From NCBI GenBank assembly GCA_964399265.1, contig CAYNQF010000002.1, forward strand, positions 3,444-67,443: a stretch of 64,000 bases of DNA. Direction: 5' to 3'. The stretch is from an uncultured bacterium. Its GTDB lineage: Bacteria > Joyebacterota > Joyebacteria > Joyebacterales > Joyebacteraceae. The position numbers and the translations under genes were made by a program. This document shows positions 8,690 to 20,745 of this stretch, in pieces (the first letter of the stretch is position 1; each line of letters begins with the position of its first letter). Under the pieces are notes generated by a model, which was not told the origin of the DNA, searched no databases, and saw nothing but the letters and a program-made list of their open reading frames with translations.

Positions 8690-10201
8690 TTGAACGCGCT
8701 TCTAGTCTATCCCAAGAACCCCGAGACCTTCTGGAGCCTCACGCATGCCCTCAGGCTCATAAACCGGAAGGCCGCGTCTCCTCCTCTCGGCCTTCTGACA
8801 GTGGCGGCGATGCTTCCCTCTGACTGGGACCTTCGTCTCGTCGATCTGAACGTTCGCCCCATGACCCGTGAGGACCTTGCGTGGGCCGACTGTGCCCTTC
8901 TGAGCGGGATGATCGTCCAGAGGGAGTCGGCGCTCGAGATCGCCGCTCGCTGTAAGGCCGCGGGCCTGATGGTGGTTGCAGGCGGACCGCTCTTCGCGTC
9001 GGAGAACGAGAGAGCGAAGTTCGGGGACGTCGATCACTTCGTGCTTAACGAGGCGGAGCTCACACTGCCTCCGTTTCTTGAGGATCTTGAACGCGGCCGG
9101 GCGCGCCGCGTGTACCAGACCAGCGAGTTCGCTGACCTGACCACCACGCCGGTCCCGCGATGGGACTTGGTGGACCCGCACGAGTACGCCTCCCGAGGAG
9201 TCCAGTTCTCGCGCGGCTGTCCCAACAACTGCGAGTTCTGTGAAGTAACACAGCTATTCGGTCATCGCTGGCGGACGAAGGCGGTCTCTCAGGTCGTCGC
9301 TGAACTCAACGCCCTGCACGGGCTCGGCTGGCGCGGTGTCGTTCCTTTCGTGGACGACAACTTCAACGCGAAGGGCGAGTACGTCCGCCGCGAGCTTCTC
9401 CCGGCCCTGATCGAATGGAGAGCGGGCAAGCGAGGAATGGGCTTCAGCGCTCAGGTCACCATGCAGCTCGCAGACGACGCCGAGCTCATGGAACTCATGG
9501 TACGGGCCGGGTTCGACACCGTCTTCATCGGGATCGAGACGATGGACGACGCGAATCTGGCGGAGTGTCACAAGAGGCACAATCGCCACAGGGACCTCCT
9601 GGCCGACGTGAAGCGCATCCAGAGGGCCGGACTCCAGGTGCAGGCGGGGTTCATCGTGGGGTTCGACAACGACACGCCGTCGGTCTTCGCGCGGATGACC
9701 GAGTTCATACAGAAGAGCGGCATCGCCACCGCGATGGTCGGTATGCTGCAGGCGCCGGTCGGCACGGCCCTGTACAAGCGTCTCGATCGCGAGGGTCGGA
9801 TTCGAGTCGATCTGTCCGGCGACAACTCCGACGGCACGACGAACATCGTTCCGAGGATGGGTCTCGAGTCGCTGCAGACGGGATACGGCGGCCTACTGCG
9901 CGACCTCTATGCGCCAAGCAATTACTACCGCCGCGTGCGAACCTTCCTCAGGGAGTACCGCCCGCAGAGGACGAACCTCCGGTTCTCAGCGCCGCACGCC
10001 CTGGCCGTCTTCCGCTCTTTCTACCACTTGAGCCTCGCAGGCCGGGAGCGGTGGGAGTATCCGGGCCTGCTGTTCTGGACGCTCTTCAGACGTCCCAGGT
10101 CCTTGCCAGTAGCCGTAGTGCTCGCCATCTACGGGTACCACTACCGCAAGTGCTACGAGACATTCTTCAGCGCGGTCATCCCTGATTCTGCTCGCGCTTG
10201 A
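8690..10201 (+). CDS. B12-binding domain radical SAM protein with C-terminal DUF4070-like region (class B rSAM methyltransferase-like), TTG start
   Basis: N-terminal B12-binding-like 'PPLGLLTVAAMLP'; CX3CX2C 'CPNNCEFC'; 503 aa; about 85 % identical paralogue at 23947-25458. Confidence 0.85.
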   Translation: MNALLVYPKNPETFWSLTHALRLINRKAASPPLGLLTVAAMLPSDWDLRLVDLNVRPMTREDLAWADCALLSGMIVQRESALEIAARCKAAGLMVVAGGPLFASENERAKFGDVDHFVLNEAELTLPPFLEDLERGRARRVYQTSEFADLTTTPVPRWDLVDPHEYASRGVQFSRGCPNNCEFCEVTQLFGHRWRTKAVSQVVAELNALHGLGWRGVVPFVDDNFNAKGEYVRRELLPALIEWRAGKRGMGFSAQVTMQLADDAELMELMVRAGFDTVFIGIETMDDANLAECHKRHNRHRDLLADVKRIQRAGLQVQAGFIVGFDNDTPSVFARMTEFIQKSGIATAMVGMLQAPVGTALYKRLDREGRIRVDLSGDNSDGTTNIVPRMGLESLQTGYGGLLRDLYAPSNYYRRVRTFLREYRPQRTNLRFSAPHALAVFRSFYHLSLAGRERWEYPGLLFWTLFRRPRSLPVAVVLAIYGYHYRKCYETFFSAVIPDSARA

Positions 10202-10287
10202 GGCTGCCGCCCGCGTCATCTGTGCCGTCCAGCGCGACGTGCCGAGTCCGAAACCAGACCTCGGTCTGGGTTGCCCCTTGCCTGCGT

Positions 10288-10348
10288 CGAATACTGCTGC
10301 ATTCGGGGAGCCGGCATACGAAGGCCGGTCCGAGAGGACCGGGCCTTC
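10288..10348 (+). repeat. Intergenic repeat copy B (GGGGAGCCGGCATACGAAGGCCGGTCC-gaga-GGACCGGGCCTTC), downstream of the rSAM gene
   Basis: Same GGAGCC-GCATACGAAGG-hairpin core as copy A; likely doubles as a terminator. Confidence 0.45.
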
Positions 10349-10845
10349 CACTTGCGCGCGAGATAGAGGAAATCGGGAGCGTCGGAGGGCGCTCCCCTTA
10401 GTGCATTCCAGGGGGTGGGCCGCCCTGTGGAGTCGTCCTGCGGTTGCAGCGGGGGTCCACAGTGATGCTCGACAGCGAACGGTCAGGTGTGGGCGACAAA
10501 CCGCAGCTGCCCATGTGATGATAATGGCCATTGAGGAACCTCCGCCTTACGAAGTAGATGCACGATCTGCTCAAGCGTGTAGCGGCTCCGTCCCATCAAG
10601 AACCCCCTCTCTGACCAGCCCGAGTCTACCTCCCGACTTGGACCAGTTCTAGGGGGTCAGGTCAGGCTCGGTGCGTTCTAGAAGCTTGACGTGTTCACGA
10701 GCGTGTGGGAGGCAGAGGCGCTGGCCACAAGACGGCGACGCAAGTACAATGAGATGAGAACTCACGAGCCTTGGGGCACCTCCCGGCATCACATGCTTCT
10801 ACCCGACCGGGGCTTGCGCCGCTCTTAACCGCCGCTGATGTGTGA

Positions 10846-13104
<2,259 letters not shown>

Positions 13105-13186
13105 CATGGACGTCCAGGCCCGGGCGTGGCGCCGGGGAGCGATCAAGGCGCTGCGCAGTTGGCCCGTCGCCTGACGGAACCGTCGA

Positions 13187-13265
13187 GGGTTCCCGGTCAC
13201 AAGTTCGAATACCGTCCACCGCGGGGAGCCATAGAAGCGGGGCCTGGCGATGACGTCAGGTCCCG
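13187..13265 (+). repeat. Intergenic repeat copy C (GGTTCccGGTCACaaGTTCGAATACCGTCCACCGCGGGGAGCCATAGAAGCGGGGCCTG...CAGGTCCC), downstream of katG
   Basis: Shares GTTCGAAT-CCGTCCACC-GGAGCC-CATA-hairpin order with copies A and D. Confidence 0.45.
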
Positions 13266-13337
13266 TGTTCAGTTGGACGTCCGTCACGTCCCTGGGGGCG
13301 GCCAACGCTCGGATATCGTCCATTGGCGGGCGCTTTG

Positions 13338-13366
13338 TTGACATAGTGTTCAGTCTGTGGTATCGT
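13338..13366 (+). promoter_or_regulatory. sigma70 promoter TTGACA-17-TATCGT (TGg extended -10)
   Basis: Perfect -35 hexamer at 13338-13343; about 150-nt structured leader containing palindrome GAGCGATCGCTC before the 13521 gene. Confidence 0.5.
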
Positions 13367-13520
13367 AGAGTGAAGGCAAGAACCCCGGGGCTGAGCGAGC
13401 GATCGCTGATCGCTCGGCCCCGGTTGCGCGCCGCGCAGGTCCCGCCTGCGGGGCACATGGCAGGTCTGCACCGGCCCAGTGGACTCGGTGGAGATCTCCC
13501 ACACGGAAGGAGACAGCCTG

Positions 13521-14039
13521 ATGAGCCTGCCTCGCAGTTCGTTGAGCCTCCTGCTTGTCATCTTCGTCGCGACCTCGGCCGCAGCCGACTACGTCATCGA
13601 AGAGAGCGTGGTGGCGTCCGGTGGAGGAGCGGGTGCCGGAGGCAGCTACTCGCTGCTGGGGACAGTCGGCCAGCCGGTGATCGGGACCGCGTTGTCCGCG
13701 ACGAACACGGCGGAGATCGGATTCTGGTACCAGCCCGGCTGGATACTGACCGGCATCACAGATCCAGACGGACCGCTCGCCTTCCGCATGAACCAGAACG
13801 CTCCCAATCCGTTCAACCCCGTGACCACACTGAGCTACTCCGTCGCCGCCAGGACTCACGTGACCATCTCTGTCTACAACGTGTCCGGCAGGCTCGTGAA
13901 GACGCTGGTCGACGAGAGCAAGGAGGCGGGGAGGTTTGAGACCGTACTGGACGCCCGCGGTCTGACGAGCGGGGTCTACTTCGCCCGCATGACCGCCGGT
14001 GACTTCGTTGAGACAACCAAGATGGTTCTGCTGAAGTAA
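13521..14039 (+). CDS. Small secreted protein (172 aa) consisting mainly of signal peptide plus FlgD-like C-terminal sorting domain
   Basis: Start at Met 'MSLPRSSLSLLLVIFVATSAAA'; C-terminal 'NAPNPFNPVTTLSY...VYNVSGRLVKTLVDE...GVYFARM...KMVLLK'. Confidence 0.55.
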   Translation: MSLPRSSLSLLLVIFVATSAAADYVIEESVVASGGGAGAGGSYSLLGTVGQPVIGTALSATNTAEIGFWYQPGWILTGITDPDGPLAFRMNQNAPNPFNPVTTLSYSVAARTHVTISVYNVSGRLVKTLVDESKEAGRFETVLDARGLTSGVYFARMTAGDFVETTKMVLLK

Positions 14040-14070
14040 CGTTGGGGCGGACGCCCCGGAGGGATCTCCG

Positions 14071-16593
14071 ATGCGCGCGATCTCTGCTGTCCTGTCTCTC
14101 CTGTTCATCCTGGCCGCCTGCACCGCCGAGGCCCAGATCCCCTCGACGATAAGCTACCAGGGCGTGTTGAACGACGACACCGGGACACCCGTCCCGGATG
14201 GTGATTACGACATGACATTCAGGATCTACAACGTGGCCACAGGCGGAAGCAACCTGTGGCATGAGGCCCAGACCGTGCCGGTGGCGGGTGGCATATTCAA
14301 CGCGCAGCTCGGCGCCGCGACGCCGCTGGATGACTTGCTGGAGTTCGACGAGCCCTACTACCTGAGCGTGGAGATTGGCCACAACGGGGAGATGACTCCC
14401 CGGAACCCGCTGACCACGACGCCCTACGCGTTCCGCGCGGCCGTTGCTGAGTCGCTGGACGGCGTCATTCCCCCCGACACCGACTGGGTTGAGTCGGGCG
14501 GTAACGTCTACCGGCTGACCGGCAACGTTGGTATCGGCACGAGCGATCCGTCGAAGCAGCTTGACGTCGTCGGCGATGCCGCGATCCTGGGCAACCTGAA
14601 GGTGATAGGCGACGTGGACATGCAGTCGGTGGAGATGAACCCTGGCGCTTCCGACGGATACGTTCTCACGTCCGACGCGAGCGGCAACGGCACGTGGCAG
14701 CCGGTTGCCGGTGTGGCGGTGCCGGGGAGCGACACCCAGGTGCTCTACAACGACGGCGGCAGCCTGGGCGCTGCCGGTCTGTACTACGACGATGTCAACG
14801 GGCGGCTCGGCGTAGGAGTGGCCGCGCCGATTCGGACGCTTGACATCGGAACGGGGGACCTCATCGCCGGCGAGATCTCCGCATTGAGCAGCGTGGGGAC
14901 GGGCACGCTCGAGGACGACGGCTCAGGAGAGCTCGACATCAACTCCTGGCAGATCAACCTGAACGGTCGCGCGGTCATCGCCGGGCAGCCAAGCTACGAT
15001 CCGGATCTCGACGTTACGGGCGTGACTGAGACCGACGGGTTCAGGCTCACGACTTCGCCTTCGGCGGGATTTGTGCTGACCTCCGACGCGAGCGGCAACG
15101 GCACGTGGCAGGCGCCGTCGGAGGTCACGGTGCCGGGCAGCGACGCCCAGATGCTCTACAACGACGGGGGAGACTTCGGTGCTGCGGGCGTCTACTACGA
15201 TGACGTCAACGGCAGGCTAGGTGTCGGTGTGGCGTCGCCCACAAGGACTCTCGATGTGGGGCAGAGCGGGGACATTCATTGCGGCGGCCTGCTCGCGGAT
15301 GGAGGCGTGTTCACGACCTCCCTGGCGCCAGCGGCGACAGCTGACCTCGACGTCACCCACGGGAGAACGGAGTTCTCGGGACGGGTCGGCATTAAGACCC
15401 TTCCTGGAACGGGCGTTGATCTCGACGTCATGGGCCTGACGCGGACCCAGACCTTCAGACTGACGACCTCGCCGACAGCGGGCCACGTTCTCACCTCGGA
15501 CGCCACCGGCAACGGCACGTGGCAGGCGCCGCCTGAGGTGACGGTGCCCGGCAGCGACACGCAGATGCTCTACAACGACGGGGGTGACTTCGGAGCCGCC
15601 GGCGTCTACTACGATGACGCCAACGGCAGGCTGGGCATCGGTGTAGCGTCCCCCGCCTACTCTCTCGACACCGGCGCAGGCGGCTGGATGCGCTCCGGCG
15701 ATGTGCGCGCGGAAACTGCAGTTCATACGAACACGCTTATGTCGACGGGGAGCAACCCCGACCTGACCGTAATGCACAACAGGACGCTGGTGACGGGCCA
15801 GCTCGGGGTGGGCGGTGCAACGCCGGGGGTCGGCACCTCCCTCGAGGTCGACGGGCTCACGCAGACCGACGAGTTCAGACTGACGACCTCGCCGTCCGAC
15901 GGCTACGTCCTGACCTCGGACGCAAGCGGCAACGGCACATGGCAGGCAGTTCCCGTGGAGCTGACGACGGACTCGGTCACTGCGGTGCACATCGCGGCGA
16001 ACGCCGTCGGCACCGACGAGCTCGCGACGGACTCAGTCGGCTCGAGCAATATACAGCACAACGCCGTCACCGCGGACGAGATCCTGGACGGCGCGGTGGG
16101 CGCTGCTGAGATCGGGACCGACGCCGTCGGCACCGATGAGATCATGTGGAACGGCGTCGACTCGGATGAGATCGCGACGGACGCAGTGGGCGAGGACGAG
16201 ATCGCCTACGGCGCCGTTGGCCGTGACGAGCTGGCCGAGACGTTCAAGTCCGCGTACGTGAACGTGAACACCTACAACTCAGGCGAGTACATCTGGCACC
16301 AGTCGTACTGGACGAAGGGAACGCCGCTCATCCAGACAACAGGCACGTCACGCCAGATCCAGATCATCGACACTGCCAGCTCCGGCACGGTCAACGTGCT
16401 GGTCACGGTCAACGGCTCGGTGCTGGTCAGTACGACGGCGCCGTACACGCTGAACATGACATCGACGGGCTCCGCGTACGACATCTACGTCTACCCGGCC
16501 AACTCCCTGGTCAAGTGGTTCGTGCACTTCGAGGGGACCATCCTGTCGAACTATCGCGTGGTCGGAATTGTCCAGGCAGGAGGAGGCCACTAG
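14071..16593 (+). CDS. Lipoprotein with four ~110-aa tail-fibre-like repeats ('LTSDASGNGTWQ...PGSDxQxLYNDGGxxGAAGxYYDDxNGRLGxGVAxP')
   Basis: Signal/lipobox 'LFILAAC'; N-terminal 'ISYQGVLND' module; internal repeats obvious by eye; no FlgD tail; GGAGGG RBS. Confidence 0.6.
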   Translation: MRAISAVLSLLFILAACTAEAQIPSTISYQGVLNDDTGTPVPDGDYDMTFRIYNVATGGSNLWHEAQTVPVAGGIFNAQLGAATPLDDLLEFDEPYYLSVEIGHNGEMTPRNPLTTTPYAFRAAVAESLDGVIPPDTDWVESGGNVYRLTGNVGIGTSDPSKQLDVVGDAAILGNLKVIGDVDMQSVEMNPGASDGYVLTSDASGNGTWQPVAGVAVPGSDTQVLYNDGGSLGAAGLYYDDVNGRLGVGVAAPIRTLDIGTGDLIAGEISALSSVGTGTLEDDGSGELDINSWQINLNGRAVIAGQPSYDPDLDVTGVTETDGFRLTTSPSAGFVLTSDASGNGTWQAPSEVTVPGSDAQMLYNDGGDFGAAGVYYDDVNGRLGVGVASPTRTLDVGQSGDIHCGGLLADGGVFTTSLAPAATADLDVTHGRTEFSGRVGIKTLPGTGVDLDVMGLTRTQTFRLTTSPTAGHVLTSDATGNGTWQAPPEVTVPGSDTQMLYNDGGDFGAAGVYYDDANGRLGIGVASPAYSLDTGAGGWMRSGDVRAETAVHTNTLMSTGSNPDLTVMHNRTLVTGQLGVGGATPGVGTSLEVDGLTQTDEFRLTTSPSDGYVLTSDASGNGTWQAVPVELTTDSVTAVHIAANAVGTDELATDSVGSSNIQHNAVTADEILDGAVGAAEIGTDAVGTDEIMWNGVDSDEIATDAVGEDEIAYGAVGRDELAETFKSAYVNVNTYNSGEYIWHQSYWTKGTPLIQTTGTSRQIQIIDTASSGTVNVLVTVNGSVLVSTTAPYTLNMTSTGSAYDIYVYPANSLVKWFVHFEGTILSNYRVVGIVQAGGGH

Positions 16594-16596
16594 CGT

Positions 16597-16671
16597 TCCG
16601 TCCTGTGGTTCGAATCCCGTCCACCACGAGGAGCCGGCATAGGAGGCCCGGTCCATGAGGACCGGGCCTCC
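16597..16671 (+). repeat. Intergenic repeat copy D (GTGGTTCGAATCCCGTCCACCACGAGGAGCCGGCATAGGAGGCCCGGTCC-atga-GGACCGGGCCTCC)
   Basis: Begins 4 nt after the TAG stop of the upstream gene; 13-bp perfect GC stem. Confidence 0.5.
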
Positions 16672-16773
16672 TCGCGGCTGCGCTCGATTGTGGCCGCAGG
16701 GCACAACGCGTATGCTGCGAGAACCCCCTCAGGGCGCTCCATCCGCAGGCTGTCCACCGCGGGACTCGCGGCG

Positions 16774-18882
16774 ATGCCGCTGCTTCTCATTGCCTTCTGT
16801 TCTCTTTCGGCAACCGGCACCGCGAACGAATACGTCGAGGACTTCACTTCCAGGACGTTCTGCGACACGCTCAACACGACTGCATTCTGGGATACCGCGA
16901 TGGGGAAGCTGCGGCTCCGGCCCTTCAGCGTGTCCATGGAGGGAGGATGTCTCACCTACGACAGCGCGCGGGATGTCGCGGTCGAGGGCGTCTACGTGCT
17001 CGACGTTGCCAATCCGAGCACCCCTGTTCTCGTGGACAGCTACGACACCTCCGGCTACGCGGTGGCCGCGGCTCCCGATGGAGAGCATGTTCTCGTTGCC
17101 GACCACGACTCAGGACTCGTCGCGCTGCGCGTCAGGGAGTCGACACGTCCGTTCCTCGTGTGTAGCGACGAAGGTTCGAACGAAGCCCACTGCATCACCT
17201 TGTCCGGCGACTACGCCTACGTGGCGAACGTGATCAATGGTCTTGTGGTAGTCGACATATCGGATCCCACGAACCCGACTCAGGTGGGAACGTGCGACCC
17301 GGCTCCCTACGTGATGGACGTGGACACAAGCGGGGACTTCGCCTACCTGGCATGTCGTGAGGACGGGCTGCACGTTGTGGACATCGAAGACCCTACGAAT
17401 CCCGTTGCGCTCGGTGGGGTCTCGGGCCTGGGGTGGGCTCAGACTGTGTCGGTGATCGGCGAGCTGGCCTACGTGGCGTGCGACACCTCTGGAATCAAGG
17501 TTGTGGACGTCAGCGATCCTGAGAACCCAGTGCTCCTGAGCGGCCACAACACACCGGGAGCCGGTGAGCACATCGCGGTCGAAGGAGACTACGCGTTCGT
17601 CGCGGACGGGGCTGCCGGCGTGCACGTCTTCGAAGTCTACCAGCGCCAGTTCGATGCCCGCGCGAACCTTGCCCAGTCCCTGCCTGTCGGAATCGCAGGA
17701 CTGGGCGTCTACGGAGCGCGATTGAACACGGTGCAGGCCGACTCGATACTGTGGGAGATGAGCGCTGATGGGGGAGGTCACTGGGAGGCCATTACCCCTG
17801 ATGGTGAGTGGGTCTACTTCCTGCGGCCTGGCGGCGACCTTCTCTGGAGATCGACCCACACGTATCTCGGCGGCCACGTCGATCCTTCCTGCACGAGCCT
17901 GACGATCGGCACGCTCTACGAGTGCCCCATTCTCACGGCTGTCTCGGACATCCCGGATGATCAAGGTCGGCAGGTCCGCTTGTCCTGGGCCAGGAGCGCG
18001 TACGACGTGACGGGGAGCATCGCGCCTATCCTCGAGTACTCCGTCTTCAGGAGGATCACGGAAACGCGTGAGCCACAGGTCGGCCTCGGGCAGGATGCTC
18101 GCTACCCTCCAGGCGACTGGGACTACGTTGTGAGCGTCCCGGCGTACCTGGAGGACGGCTATTCGGTCGTCGTACCGACGTTAACCGATTCAACGAGCGC
18201 GGGGGGGATGGGGTACTCCGTGTTCTTCGTGCGGGCTGCCACAGCCACCCCTGGTCTCTTCTTTGACGCACCTCCCGACAGCGGATACTCCGTCGACAAC
18301 CTTGCGCCATCGGTTCCGACCGGGCTCGGGGTCGACTATGGCGCGACCGAGAACGAGCTGGCGTGGGAGGAGTGCGAGGACGATGACTTCCAGTACTTCC
18401 GGATCTACAGGAGCACGGATCCCGAGTTCACTCCCGCTTCGGAGAACCTAGTGCACATGACGGTCGACACGGGGTGGGTCGATCCAGTCTCGGAGGGCTG
18501 GCAGTACTACTACAAGGTCAGTGCTGTCGATTTCTCCGGCAATGAGAGTGACGCGGCTTCGCCGGAGACGGTGACGGGCGTCGATGATTCCTCGATGCCG
18601 AGCCGATATGCCCTCTACCAGAACGTGCCCAACCCGCTGAACCCGACGACGACCATCAGCTACGACGTGCCGGCCAATGGCGGCCACGTATCGCTCGACA
18701 TTTTCGATGTGCGAGGTCGACTGGTACGGCGTTTGGTGGATGGCTACGTCGAAGGTGGACGAAGGACGGCGGTGTGGGACGGACGCGATGACGGCGGCGA
18801 CCGAGTGGCATCGGGCGTCTACTACTACCGACTGAGTGCGCCGGGGTACGAGAGAATGCTCAAGATGACGGTGCTGAAGTAA
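16774..18882 (+). CDS. Secreted LVIVD-repeat beta-propeller protein with FN3-like region and FlgD-like C-terminal sorting domain
   Basis: Repeated 'DxxxAYVAxxxxGLxVVDISDPxNP' LVIVD-type units; C-terminal 'NVPNPLNPTTTISYDVP...IFDVRGRLVRRLVDG...GVYYYRL...KMTVLK'. Confidence 0.65.
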   Translation: MPLLLIAFCSLSATGTANEYVEDFTSRTFCDTLNTTAFWDTAMGKLRLRPFSVSMEGGCLTYDSARDVAVEGVYVLDVANPSTPVLVDSYDTSGYAVAAAPDGEHVLVADHDSGLVALRVRESTRPFLVCSDEGSNEAHCITLSGDYAYVANVINGLVVVDISDPTNPTQVGTCDPAPYVMDVDTSGDFAYLACREDGLHVVDIEDPTNPVALGGVSGLGWAQTVSVIGELAYVACDTSGIKVVDVSDPENPVLLSGHNTPGAGEHIAVEGDYAFVADGAAGVHVFEVYQRQFDARANLAQSLPVGIAGLGVYGARLNTVQADSILWEMSADGGGHWEAITPDGEWVYFLRPGGDLLWRSTHTYLGGHVDPSCTSLTIGTLYECPILTAVSDIPDDQGRQVRLSWARSAYDVTGSIAPILEYSVFRRITETREPQVGLGQDARYPPGDWDYVVSVPAYLEDGYSVVVPTLTDSTSAGGMGYSVFFVRAATATPGLFFDAPPDSGYSVDNLAPSVPTGLGVDYGATENELAWEECEDDDFQYFRIYRSTDPEFTPASENLVHMTVDTGWVDPVSEGWQYYYKVSAVDFSGNESDAASPETVTGVDDSSMPSRYALYQNVPNPLNPTTTISYDVPANGGHVSLDIFDVRGRLVRRLVDGYVEGGRRTAVWDGRDDGGDRVASGVYYYRLSAPGYERMLKMTVLK

Positions 18883-19090
18883 TGCGGTCATGACCAGAGG
18901 TGAGGCGAGGTTCCCGATCCGAAAGGACCGGGCCTTCCGCGTGTTTGGCGCTCTAGTCGAACCTGGCGATTGAGAGACTTGGTGCAATCCCCGCTTGTCT
19001 CCGTGACCGCGGAGCCGCAGGCCGTCTCCAAGCAACGAAAACCCCCGCCGCTCGGAGAACGGCGGGGGTCTCATCTTCTACAGGATGCGT

Positions 19091-19732
19091 CTAGCGGTAC
19101 AGCGACTTCACCATTCCCCAGGTCGACGACTCGACCGGAGAGGCGCCGGCGCACTCGTAGGTGCCAAGCGGGAACGGAGTGGCGGCCGTCGCGTTCGTGG
19201 TCTCGTTGTCGAGCGCGTTAGTGCCGCTGTAGATCCAGTTCTCGAGAACGAACGTCGAGCCATCAGGACCGGTGCCGTTGACCCGGTAAACCCAACCGTC
19301 CAGGTAGTCCCAGGCCGTTCCCGTGCCGTCGACGTTGATGTCGCCGAACACGTCCACGACGCTGCCGTTCATGAACAGCTCTATGGCGTCGTCGCCGTTG
19401 ATGTTCGGGGCGTTGGCGTCGGTGTAGTCCGGGGCGAAGCCGAAGAACGCGGTGAATGCGTCCACGTCGTACGAAACATAGATGTACTGGCCCGCGACCG
19501 CGGAGTCGGCCGGGAAGGTGAACTCCTCGCCGTCCGTGCCGCCGCCGTTGTTGGCGGACCCGAGCCCGTAGATCGAGAGGTCGGCGATGTCGGCGCAGGC
19601 GACCACCTCGATCGCCTTCGGGATCCCGCCCGTGAGCGGACCGTCGACCACGCCGGTTATGACGAGGTCGGAAGCGCCGGCGCCCGTGGCGGCCAGCGAG
19701 AGCACTACGGCTATCATGACCAACTGTCTCAC
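19091..19732 (-). CDS. Secreted lamin-tail-domain (LTD) protein ending in the novel C-terminal motif '...GASPVESSTWGMVKSLYR'
   Basis: GTG start with AGGAGG RBS; signal 'MRQLVMIAVVLSLAATGAGA'; LTD-like 'LVITGVVDGPLTGGIPKAIEVV'; C-terminal tail shared with two other proteins. Confidence 0.6.
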   Translation of the reverse strand: MRQLVMIAVVLSLAATGAGASDLVITGVVDGPLTGGIPKAIEVVACADIADLSIYGLGSANNGGGTDGEEFTFPADSAVAGQYIYVSYDVDAFTAFFGFAPDYTDANAPNINGDDAIELFMNGSVVDVFGDINVDGTGTAWDYLDGWVYRVNGTGPDGSTFVLENWIYSGTNALDNETTNATAATPFPLGTYECAGASPVESSTWGMVKSLYR

Positions 19733-19777
19733 AGGATCCTCCTATGTGAGAGGTAGTAGAACCTACGCACTTGACAT

Positions 19778-19807
19778 ATTGTACCACATAAGTGACAGGA
19801 CACGCAA
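19778..19807 (-). promoter_or_regulatory. Candidate sigma70 promoter (TTGCGT-18-TGgTACAAT, minus strand) for the LTD gene
   Basis: Reverse complement gives an extended -10 TGGTACAAT about 45 nt upstream of the GTG start. Confidence 0.4.
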
Positions 19808-20007
19808 GAGCTGGGATGGTGCGAGACCTGTTCAGAAGGCCCCAGTGGCCGGGCCTTCCAGGTGATGGCGCGTGCAAGGGGGGAGGCGAGGCTCGTGACG
19901 ACTGACATAGCGAGGAGCACCGCGGTCGACACGATTGGCCCGGGCCCATCGCCAGGTCCGGACCTATCGCAAGGCCCAGACCTATCGCTCGCCGCAGGCC
20001 TATCGCC

Positions 20008-20745
20008 TCATTGCCCCAGCACTTCTTCCAGGAAGAGTGTGAACCGCTCCCAGGACTTGCGGTCCGCATCCGGTCTGTAGCGACTCGTTCCAAACACCGT
20101 GAAGGCGTGTGGTGCTTCCCCGTAGGTGATCATCTCGTACGGAAGGCCTGCCGCCTCGAGTTCAGCGGAGAGGCGCGCGAAGTCCTCCATGCTGACGCTC
20201 TGGTCGGCGCCGCCGTGCAGCACCAGAAACTCACCCTTCGCCTGAGAATAGTCCTGACCCTCGGGCGTGCGCAACACGCCGTGGAACGTGACGTACCCCC
20301 TGAGGTCGGCTCCAGACCTTGCCAGCTCGAGGACCGCCGCGCCGCCGAAGCAGTAGCCGACGGCAACGGTCCTCGTCGCGTCTGCGCCCTGCCCGCGTGC
20401 CACATCCAGGGACGCGGCGAGACGCGAGCGCAGCAGTCTCCGGTCCTGGTAGAATTCCCCGGTCAGCCGCCTGCTCTCATCGGCCGAGTTCGGACGCACG
20501 CCCTTCCCGAAGAGATCCGCCGCGAACACCGCGTACCCCAGCTCGGCGAGCATATCGGCGCGGGTCATCTCGTAGTCGTCGAGCCCGCTCCAGTCGTGAA
20601 CGAGAAACACCAGAGGGGCCACTGTAGGAGGGGCGACGTAGTACCCCTCGAACGTCTTCCCGTCGGCCTCGTATGTCACTGGCATGCCATCGCGCCGCGC
20701 AGACCGGATGAGTCCGAGAGGCGTCGCCGGGAGAAGAGACATCAT
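20008..20745 (-). CDS. Dienelactone hydrolase family protein
   Basis: 'AVGYCFGG' nucleophile elbow, alpha/beta-hydrolase layout, about 245 aa; ATG overlaps upstream stop (ATGA) at 20742-20745. Confidence 0.8.
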   Translation of the reverse strand: MMSLLPATPLGLIRSARRDGMPVTYEADGKTFEGYYVAPPTVAPLVFLVHDWSGLDDYEMTRADMLAELGYAVFAADLFGKGVRPNSADESRRLTGEFYQDRRLLRSRLAASLDVARGQGADATRTVAVGYCFGGAAVLELARSGADLRGYVTFHGVLRTPEGQDYSQAKGEFLVLHGGADQSVSMEDFARLSAELEAAGLPYEMITYGEAPHAFTVFGTSRYRPDADRKSWERFTLFLEEVLGQ

